Positions 1-10,400 of a DNA stretch of 64,000 bases are shown here, in pieces. The DNA is from Amphiscolops sp. MND2022. Taxonomy: Eukaryota. The DNA lies in the NCBI GenBank assembly GCA_964187785.1, contig OZ076409.1:73100001-73164000 (forward strand), written 5' to 3'. Position 1 is the first letter of the stretch, and each line of letters starts with the position of its first letter. The notes under the pieces are model-generated. The model did no database searches and was not told the DNA's origin. It saw only the letters and a list, made by a program, of their open reading frames with translations. A program made the position numbers and the translations under genes.

Positions 1-1171
1 AAACTAGCCACACGATTTGGCTGAAATTTGGCACACGTACCCCCCTCGGCACGGTGAAGATGATTTCCTACTGACGTTTTTCCCGCAAAATTTTTTTTGT
101 TGTCCAAAATAACGGTTTTTGGGGTAAAATTTTGAATTTTTTTTAAATTTTATCTTATATCTCGCCACCGGTTTACGCTAGCGCTTCAAAACCCTGCTAA
201 AGAAAGCTCGCAAACTGTCTCAGGAATGCGGTGTGAAATTTTCAGCTCAATCGGACTCAAACTCAGGGAGATATAGCGTTTTTCCGGAGCGGGGGGGTTT
301 CATTTTTCTAACGGTCCAGCTTATCTTAGCCATTTTTTCGAAAATGTACTCGCCTAAAGACCTCCCCTGGCCGGTTTTATTCCCAGCAAAACCATTTGGC
401 CCTAAATACGGAGTTTCAGCGTTCCAGCATTCCCGGGCGAAAAGTTGTGGGACTTAGAAAATTTCAAAAATTTTCAAAATTTTTTTTTTCCGTTTTCCGC
501 CCTCCCCCCCTAGGGGAAAAGACCCCCCAACCAGTAATTTGAGTGATTTCATGTGGAAAGGCCATGTTTAGAGGAGAAAATGCCGTTTAGAACGTCTTTT
601 TATCTTGGCTCAACGTTGACTTATGACGTTTTGAAGGTGATGTTTGGAGGTGTAAAGCACGTGAATAGTAAACGTTATGAGTATTCATCTGATCTGAAAG
701 CCATTGAGATGCAACCTGTTTTGCTCAAAACGTAATTCATATCCGTTTGGTAGTCAATCAACACCCTTTGTTGTCATTTGACATCTTTTTTTGTTGATAT
801 AAGAAAAAATTTCGTGTACTTATTCATTTTTTTCTCATCAAATAACTTGAAACAGTTGAGTACATTCCATCCCCCCTTCACGGGGGAGATGAGAATGTAC
901 TCGCAAAAAGCCCCAAACTACGGCCCTTACCTTCCTGAGCTACGCAGTATAAAGATTGCATATTGGTTCCGACATTTTGATAGAGTTATATCTTGGTAAT
1001 CTGTCTGGGTATGCAGAAAAACCAGCACGTGCTTTTTTATACCAAGTTGCTCACAACGACATTTATTTTATATCAACGCCCCCATATTTATCAACGCCCC
1101 CCGTCCGTGGGCATGCCGAGGCATGCCCTTCGACGACGTATACCAAAATATGTTCGAGCGCGTTAGCCTAG
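1..1171. repeat. S-family unit, 5'-truncated by window edge
   Basis: Colinear with 3259-4430. Has the S internal palindrome (858-902) and the junction palindrome (1109-1128), and ends in CTAG at 1168-1171. Confidence 0.9.
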
Positions 1172-1228
1172 GTGCGGGGGGGTAACCCCAACAAATATAT
1201 TGGAGGATTCGGGTAGGGTCCTGAATCC
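1073..1228. other. Conserved unit-junction module (representative of 32 copies)
   Basis: TCAACGCC at 1073 and 1091, GGGCATGCC-GA-GGCATGCCC at 1109-1128, core CTAGGTG at 1168-1174, and hairpin GGATTCGGG-TAGGGT-CCTGAATCC at 1205-1228. The G of CTAG falls at 1171, 3142, 4430, 6402, 8376, 10349, 12320, 14306, 16279, 18269, 20243, 21488, 22775, 24048, 25334, 26606, 27893, 29886, 31857, 33145, 34419, 35691, 36955, 38246, 39524, 40813, 56550, 57842, 59111, 60393, 61670 and 62963. Confidence 0.92.
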
Positions 1229-3142
1229 GATTTTAACTCTAATAGCTATCGATAGGAAATCTTGCAAAAATTTCGGGATCTCGTGATCTAACCATAGGAT
1301 TTTAAAGTTGGAGCGGCCCCCACCAGATTTTCCGAAAATTAGCGCCCCCCACCGGGTTCCAGCGTGATTGAAATATTTTGTCGGGGTACACGGGCGACCG
1401 TTAGGGGTCATTTTAGGGGTAAAATTTATAAAAGTTAGCATAACTTTTTTCCTGTTGGTTTAAAACTTTAGGACCCTGCTAAAAGTTTCTTGACCATGTT
1501 GCAGGGGCCCCGGAGGTCCAAACCAAATTTTTCTATCTTGAAGCTATCTCCAAGTACCCCCCCGCTCAAACCGTTATTTTTCCGGAAACGCAGGTTTTTG
1601 ACCCGGAAGGAGTCGTCTGAGCGCGGGGTCGTTAGGTGATGTATTGGGGACGGCCTTGAGACGAAGTGGGGGACAAGTAGTTTGCCAACCTCAATTTACC
1701 CCCCGGACGGGAAATGACCGTTATATGAGCGTGAAAAATGCCCCCCTCCACGTTTTACCGCTATTTCCGGTGTGAAGGAGTGGGAGTAGCGCGTCGGGTG
1801 TTATATAACAAAAGTAGGTTTAGACAAGGACCTATCGGAAACATGTAGTTTGGGACCCCCTGGACCAACCCGTTAGCGGGCAATGGGGCTTCCGCCTCCT
1901 TTTTTTAGTGCTAAAACCGTAAAATGGGCATTGAGGGGTAAATATCTCGTGAACGCGTGGAGCAATCGTGTCCATCACTACTACAAGGTTTCATACCCAT
2001 GATATGGTGCCTTCAGGGGGGCAAACAGATTTCCGCTATCTATCACCGTTACCGACTTGGCCCCCCAGCCTAACCGCTATGTGACCGGAAATGTCACTTT
2101 TTGAGCCCAAAGGGTCGGTCCCAGCCGCGGAACGTTAGGTAACTTATTGTAGTACTCAATGAGACGAGTTGGGGGATATAGTTTCAGTCACCCCCCGTTA
2201 CCCCTTGGGACCGGAAATGACCGTTATGTGGGTAAAATTGCAATTTTTATACTTGTTCAAGTGTATTTAGGTGCGGAAGGAGTGGTAATAGGTGCTTGGA
2301 CACTATATGAGGTAAGGGAGGACGTGAGGCGAGCATTCGGAAAAAACCGTTATGTTGACCCTAAAGTCCCCCTGGTACCGTAAACGACCGGAAATGGTCA
2401 AATTTTGTGTCTATTGGGTACAAATGTTTTGTATTTTGTAGATAAAAGTATCTATTAGGTGTTTCGACGGTCTACAGTAGTGAACATAGTCATGAAACCT
2501 TGTGGGGTGTAACGGTATATAGCACCGGAAGTCAAACCGTTGGAGACAGGATAGGTTTTTTGGTTTTAAAATGTCTTTCGGCGTAATTTTTTCGACTCTT
2601 GTGGACTATTTTTAAAAATTAAAGTTTTTCCATATAGTTTCAGAGACTCCGAAACCTCAACCAACATAACCGTTACCTTATGATAGCCTTTCAAGTTGGC
2701 CTGGTGTCAACTTGGAAGCGCTATCCTTCTGAAATCGTTAATCAAGAGTGTTTTTGGGTAGGTATATATTGCATTAGTACCAATTAGAGCTTCATCAACA
2801 GTGTATCAACGACAAAAACTATGCCGTCATGATTCCGTTATTAGAATCATAGTGAGCAAATTGTTGAAAAAAATGGTTTTTTCCATACAAAATGTGTCCT
2901 AAATGCCAGGAAACCTATTTACCTAACAAATGGTATTAATTGGAATGTTTGTAACAGATTTATAAAAGTTCAAATTGAATATTACATTTCATTATGGAAG
3001 CTGAAACGTCATATTTTAGTTTAATTAACGTCAACGCCACACACTTTACATCAACGCACACCGTCTGTGGGCATGCCGAGGCATGCCCTTCGACGACGTA
3101 AGACAAATCCTTATCAAACGACGCCCGTACATCCCGGGCTAG
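1172..3142. mobile_element. L-family unit (1971 bp), putative non-autonomous mobile element
   Basis: Starts GTGCGGGGGG and ends palindrome-spacer-CTAG. Near-identical to 10350-12320. No long ORF. The repeat is directly visible; mobility is inferred. Confidence 0.65.
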
Positions 3143-4430
3143 GTGCCGGGATTTCTATTCGATAAAGTATGTGGCGCGCCTTGGGTAGGGTCCCTTGCGC
3201 GCTCTTGGGTATGGTGTTCACCAGCTAGGAAACAGGGGTCGATTTTTCGGGATCTCCTAAACTAGCCACACGATTTGGCTGAAATTTGGCACACGTACTC
3301 CCCTCGGCACGGTGAAGATGATTTCCTACTGACGTTTTTCCCGCAAAATTTTTTTTGTTGTCCAAAATAACGGTTTTTGGGGTAAAATTTTGAATTTTTT
3401 TTAAATTTTATCTTATATCTCGGCACGGGTTTACGCTAGCGCTTCAAAACCCTGCTAAAGAAAGCTTGCAAACTGTCTCAGGAATGCGGTGTGAAATTTT
3501 CAGCTCAATCGGACTCAAACTCAGGGAGATATAGCGTTTTTCCGGAGCGGGGGGGTTTCATTTTTCTAACGGTCCAGCTTATCTTAGCCATTTATTCGAA
3601 AATGTACTCGCCTAAAGACCTCCCCTGGCCGGTTTTATTCCCAGCAAAACCATTTGGCCCTAAATACGGAGTTTCAGCGTTCCAGCATTCCCGGGCGAAA
3701 AGTTGTGGGACTTAGAAAATTTCAAAAATTTTCAAAAATTTTTTTTTCGGTTTTCCACCCTCCCCCCCGAGGGGAAAAGACCCCCCAACCAGTAATTTGA
3801 GTGAATTCATGTGGAAAGGCCATGTTTAGAGGAGAAAAATCCCGTTTAAATTGTCTTTTTATCTTTATTCAACGTTGACTTATGACGTTTTGAAATTGAT
3901 GTTTGGAGGTGTGAAGCACGTGAAAAGTAAACGTTATGAGTATTTATCTGATCTGAAAGCCATTGAGATGCAACCTGTTTTGCTCAAAACGTAATTCATA
4001 TCAGTTTGGTAGTCAATCAACACCCTTTGTTGTCGTTTGACATACTTTTTTGTTGTTATAATAAAAAAATTTGTGTATTTATTCATTTTTTTCTCATCAA
4101 ATAACTTTAAACAGTTGAGTACATTCCATCCCCCCTTCACGGGGGAGATGAGAATGTACTCGCAAAAAGCCCCAAACTACGTCCCTTACCTTCCCGAGCT
4201 ACGCAGTATAAGAATTACATATTGGTTCCGACATTTTCATAGAGTTAAATCTTGGTAATCTGTCTGGATATGCAGAAAAACCAGCACGTGCTTTTTTATA
4301 CCAAGTTGCTCACAACGACATTTATTTTATATCAACGCCCCCATCTTTATCAACGCCCCCCATCCGTGGGCATGCCGAGGCATGCCCTTCGACGACGTAT
4401 ACCAAGATATGTTCGAGCGCGTTAGCCTAG
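3143..4430. mobile_element. S-family unit (1288 bp) between two L units, putative non-autonomous mobile element
   Basis: Starts GTGCCGGGATTTC and ends GTTAGCCTAG. Matching flanks are directly joined at 12320/12321. Close copies lie at 26607-27893 and 31858-33145. Confidence 0.7.
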
Positions 4431-7400
4431 GTGCGGGGGGGAAACCCCATCCCTTATCTTGGAGGATTCGGGTAGGGTCCTGAATCCGAGTTCAGTGCCG
4501 CCAGCTCTCAGTAGAAATCTGGGAAATTTTTTGCGATCTCGTGATCTAACCATAGGATTTTAAAGTTGGAGCGGCCCCCACCAGATTTTCCAAAGTTATT
4601 CGCCCCCCACCGGGTTCCAGCGTGATTGAAATATTTTGTCGGGGTACACGGGCGACCGTTAGGGGTCATTTTAGGGGTAAAATTTATATCCGGTCGCATA
4701 ACTTTTTTCCTGTTGGTTTAAAACTTTGGGACCCTGCTAAAAGTTTCTTGACCGTGTTGCGGTGGCTCCGGAGGTCCAAACCAATTTTTTCTATCTTGAA
4801 GCTATCTCCAAGTACCCCCCCGCCCAAACCGTTATTTTTCCGGAAACGCCGGTTTTTGACCCGGAAGGAGTCGTCTGAGCGCGGGGTCGTTAGGTGATGT
4901 TTTGGGGACGGCCTCGAGACGAAGCGGGGGATATATAGTTTGCCGACCCCAGTTTACCCCCCGCACGGGAAATGACCGTTATATGAGCGGGAAAAATGCC
5001 CCCCTCCACGTTTTACCGCTATTTCCGGTGTGAAGGAGTGGGAGTAGCGCGTCGGGTGTTATATAACAAAAGTAGGTTTAGACAAGGACCTATCGGAAAC
5101 ATGTAGTTTGGGACCCCCTGGACCAACCCGTTAGCGGGAAATGGGGCTTCCGCCTCCTTTTTTTACTGCTAAAACCGTAAAATGGGCATTGAGGGGTAAA
5201 TATCTCGTGAACGCGTGGAGCAATCGTGTCCATCACTACTACAAGGTTTCATACCCATGATATGGTGCCTTCAGGGGGGCAAACAGATTTCCGCTATCTA
5301 TCACCGTTACCGACTTGGCCCCCCAGCCTAACCGCTATGTGACCGGAAATGTCACTTTTTGAGCCCAAAGGGTCGGTCCCAGCCGGGGAACGTTAGGTAA
5401 CTTATTGTAGTACTCAATGAGACGAGTTGGGGGACATAGTTTCAGTCACCCCCCGTTACCCCTTGGGACCGGAAATGACCGTTAAGTGGGTAAAATTGCA
5501 TATTTTATACTTTTTCAAGTGTATTTAGGTGCGGAAGGAGTGGTAATAGGTGCTTGGACACTATATGAGGTAAGGGAGGACGTGAGGCGAGCATTCGGAA
5601 ATAACCGTTATGTTGACCCTAAAGTCCCCCTGGTACCGTAAACGACCGGAAATGGTCAAATTTTGTGTCTATTGGGTACAAATGTTTAGTATTTTGTAGA
5701 TAAAAGTATCTATTAGGTGTTTCGACGGTCTGCAATAGTGAACATAGTCATGAAACCTTGTGGGGGATAACGGGGTATATAGCGCCGGAAGTCCAAACCG
5801 TTGGACACAGGATAGGTTTTTGGTTTGAAAATGTCTTTCGGCGTACTTTTGTCGACTATTATGGACAATTATTAAAAATTAAAGTTTTTCCATATAGTTT
5901 CAGAGACTCCGAAACCTCAACCAACATAACCGTTGCATTTTGATAGCCTTTCAAGTTGGCCTGGTGTCAACTTGGAAGCGCTATCCTTCTGAAATCGTTA
6001 ATCAAGAGTGTTTTTGGGTAGGTATATATTGCATTAGTACCAATTAGAGCTTCATCAACAGTGTATCAACGACAAAAACTATGCCGTCATGATTCCGTTA
6101 TTAGAATCATAGTGAGCAAATTGTTGAAAAAAATGGTTTTTTCCATACAAAATGTGTCCTAAATGCCAGGAAACCTATTTACCTAACAAATGATATTAAT
6201 TGGAATGTATGTAACAAATTTATAAAAGTTCAAATTGAATATTACATTTCATTATGGAAGCTGAAACGTTATATTTTAGTTTAATTAACGTCAACGCCAC
6301 ACACTTTACATCAACGCCCATCGTCTGTGGGCATGCCGAGGCATGCCCTTCGACGACGTATGACAAATCCATATCAAACGACGCCCGTACATCCCGGGCT
6401 AGGTGCGGGGGGGAAACCCCAACAAAAATTTTGGAGGATTCGGGTAGGGTCCTGAATCCGAGTTCAGTGCTGCCAGCTTTCGTTAAGAAAATTTGGATAG
6501 GATTCGGGATCTCGTGATCTAACCATAGGATTTTAAAGTTGGAGCGGCCCCCACCAGATTTTCCGAAAATTAGCGCCCCCCACCGGGTTCCATACCCCGG
6601 AAAATTTTTTTCTGGCCACACGGGCGACCGTTAGGGGGTCATTTTAAGGGTAAAATTCATATTGGGCCACATAACTTTTTTTCTGTTGATTTAAAACTTT
6701 GGGACCCTGCTAAAAGTTTCTTGACCTTGTTGCAGTGGCTCCGGAGGTCGAAACCAAATTTTTCTATCTTGAAGCTATCTCCAAGTACCCCCCCGCCCAA
6801 ACCGTTATTTTTCCGGAAACGCAGGTTTTTGACCCGGAAGGAGTCGTCTGAGCGCGGGGTCGTTAGGTGATGTATTGGGGACGGCCTTGAGACGAAGTGG
6901 GGGACATGTAGTTTGCCGACCCCAGTTTACCCCCCGGACGGGAAATGACCGTTATATGAGCGGGAAAAATGCCCCCTTCCACGTTTTACCGCTATTTCCG
7001 GTGTGAAGGAGTGGGAGTAGCGCGTCGGGTGTTATATAACAAAAGTAGATTTAGACAAGGACCTATCGGAAACATGTAGTTTGGGACCCCCTGGACCAAC
7101 CCGTTAGCGGAAAATGGGGCTTCCGCCTCCTTTTTTTACTGCTAAAACCGTAAAATGGGCATTGAGGGGTAAATATCTCGTGAACGCGTGGAGCAATCGT
7201 GTCCATCACTACTACAAGGTTTCATACCCATGATATGGTGCCTTCAGGGGGGCAAACAGATTTCCGCTATCTATCACCGTTACCGACTTGGCCCCCCAGC
7301 CTAACCGCTATGTGACCGGAAATGTCACTTTTTAAGCCCAAAGGGTCGGTCCCAGCCGGGGAATGTTAGGTAACTTATTGTAGTGCTAATTGAGACGAGC

Positions 7401-10400
7401 TGGGGGATATAGTTTCAGTCACCCCCCGTTACCCCTTAGGACCGGAAATGACCGTTATGTGGGTAAATTTGCTTTTTTTGTACTTTTTGGAGGGCATTTA
7501 GATGCGGAAGGAGCGGTAATAGGTGCTTGGACACTATATGAAGGAAGGGAGGACGTGAGGCGAGCATTCGGAAATAACCGTTATGTTGACCCTAAAGTCC
7601 CCCTGGTACCGGAAGTGACCCGTAATGGTCAAATTTTGTGTTTAAAGGGTACAAATGTTTGGTGTTTTATGGATAACAGTACCTATTAGGTGTTTCGACG
7701 GTCTGCAGTCGTGAACATAGTCATGAAACCTTGTGGGGGGTAACGGTATATAGCACCGAAAGTCCAAACCGTTGGAGACAGGATACGTTTTTTGGTTTTA
7801 AAATGTCTTTCGGCCTACTTTTGTCGACTATTATGGACTATTTTTGAAAAATAAAGTTTTTCCATATAGTTTCAGCGACTCCGAAACCTCAACCAACATA
7901 ACCGTTACCTTATGATAGCCTTTCAAGTTGGCCTGGTGTCAACTTGGAAGGGCTATCCTTCAAAAGTCATTAATCAAGTTTGTTTTTGAGTATGTTTGTT
8001 TTACTTTAGAATCAATTAGAGCTTCAAGAAAATATTGCCAACGATAAAAACTATGTCGTGATGATTCCGTTATTAGAATAATAGTTACCAAAATGTTGAT
8101 AAAGTTGATTTTTTACATTTCAAATCTGTCCTAAATGCCAGAAAACCTCTTTACCAAACTAATGGTATTGATTGAATTGTATATAGCAGCTAATAAAAGT
8201 TAAATTGAATATTACGTTTCATTATGGAAGCTGAAACGTCAAATTATAGTTTAATTAACGTCAACGCCACATACTTTACATCAACGCCCACCGTCCGTAG
8301 GCATGCCGAGGCATGCCTTTCGACGACGTATACCAAAATCCACCCACACAACACCAACGAGCGCGGTAGCAGCTAGGTGCGGGGGGGTAACCCCTACAAA
8401 GATATTGGAGGATTCGGGTAGGGTCCTGAATCCGAGTTCAGTGCTGCCAGCTATCGTTAGGGATTTGAGAAAATTTTGCCGATCTCGTGATCTAACCGTA
8501 GGATTTTAAAGTTGGAGCGGCCCCCACCAGATTTTCCAAAGTTATTCGCCCCCCACCGGGTTCCAGCGTGATTGAAATATTTTGACGGGGTGCACGGGCG
8601 ACCGTTAGGGGTCATTTTGGGGGTAAAATTTATATCCGGTCGCATAACTTTTTTCCTGTTGGTTTAAAACTTTGGGACCCTGCTGAAAGTTTCTTGACCG
8701 TGTTGCAGTGGCTCCGGAGGTCCCAACCAAATTTTTCTATCTTGAAGCTATCTCCAAGTACCCCCCCGCCCAAACCGTTATTTTTCCGGAAACGCAGGTT
8801 TTTGACCCGGAAGGAGTCATCTGAGCGCGGGGTCGTTAGGTGATGTATTGGGGACGGCCTTGAGACGAAGCGGGGGATATATAGTTTGCCGACCCCAGTT
8901 TACCCCCCGGACGGGAAATGACCGTTATATGAGCGGGAAAAATGCCCCCCTCCACGTTTTACCGCTATTTCCGGTGTGAAGGAGTGGGAGTAGCGCGTCG
9001 GGTGTTATATAACAAAAGTAGGCTTAGACAAGGACCTATCGGAAACATGTAGTTTGAGACCCCCTGGACCAACCCGTTAGCGGGAAATGGGGCTTCCGCC
9101 TCCTTTTTTTACTGCTAAAACCGTAAAATGGGCATTGAGGGGTAAATATCTCGTGAACGCGTGGAGCAATCGTGTCCATCACTACTACAAGGTTTCATAC
9201 CCATGATATGGTGCCTTCAGGGGGGCAAACAGATTTCCGCTATCTATCACCGTTACCGACTTGGCCCCCCATCCTAACCGCTATGTGACCGGAAATGTCA
9301 CTTTTTGAGCCCAAAGGGTCGGTCCCAGCCGGGGAACGTTAGGTAACTTATTGTAGTGCTAATTGAGACGAGCTGGGGGATTTAGTTTCAGTCACCCCCC
9401 GTTACCCCTTAGGACCGGAAATGACCGTTATGTGGGTAAATTGGCATTTTTTGTACTTTTTGAAGGGCATTTAGATGCGGAAGGAGTGGTAATAGGTGCT
9501 TGGACACTATATGAAGGAAGGGAGGACGTGAGGCGAGCATTCGGAAATAACCGTTATGTTGACCCTAAAGTCCCCCTGGTACCGGAAGTGACCCGTAATG
9601 GTCAAATTTTGTGTTTAAAGGGTACAAATGTTTGGTGTTTTATGGATAACAGTACCTATTAGGTGTTTCGACGGTCTGCAGTCGTGAACATAGTCATGAA
9701 ACCTTGTGGGGGGTAACGGTATATAGCACCGAAAGTCCAAACCGTTGGAGACAGGATACGTTTTTTGGTTTTAAAATGTCTTTCGGCCTACTTTTGTCGA
9801 CTATTATGGACTATTTTTGAAAAATAAAGTTTTTCCATATAGTTTCAGAGACTCCGAAACCTCAACCAACATAACCGTTACCTTATGATAGCCTTTCAAG
9901 TTGGCCTGGTGTCAACTTGGAAGGGCTATCCTTCAAAAGTCATTAATCAAGTTTGTTTTTGAGTATGTTTGTTTTACTTTAGAATCAATTAGAGCTTCAA
10001 GAAAATATTGCCAACGATAAAAACTATGTCGTGATGATTCCGTTATTAGAATAATAGTTAAAAAATTTTGATAAAGTTGATTTTTTACATTTCAAATCTG
10101 TCCTAAATGCCAGAAAACCTCTTTACCAAACAAATGGTATTGATTGAATTGTATAAAACAGCTAATAAAAGTTCAAATTGACTATTACGTTTCATTATGG
10201 AAGCTGAAACGTCATATTATAGATTCATTACTGTCAACGCCACATACTTTACATCAACGCCCACCGTCCGTAGGCATGCCGAGGCATGCCTTTCGACGAC
10301 GTATACCAAATTCCACCCACACAACACCCTCGAGCGCGGTAGCAGCTAGGTGCGGGGGGGTAACCCCAACAAATATATTGGAGGATTCGGGTAGGGTCCT

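Noticed and set aside
1091..1174. CRISPR array (constant palindromic repeat followed by a variable spacer)
   Set aside because: Repeats are 1.3-2 kb apart, spacer classes recur and are related to each other, and no cas genes are present.
1109..1174. Firm classification as canonical Helitron
   Set aside because: Hairpin plus CTAG fits the 3' end, but units start with GTG rather than TC, the hairpin is unusually far from CTAG, and no RepHel sequence is in the window.
3138..3144. True bacterial integron attC sites (GCTAGGT is one base from GTTRRRY)
   Set aside because: There is no matching inverse core at the expected place, no cassette ORFs and no integrase, and several junctions read CCTAGGT. 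Kept only as an analogy.
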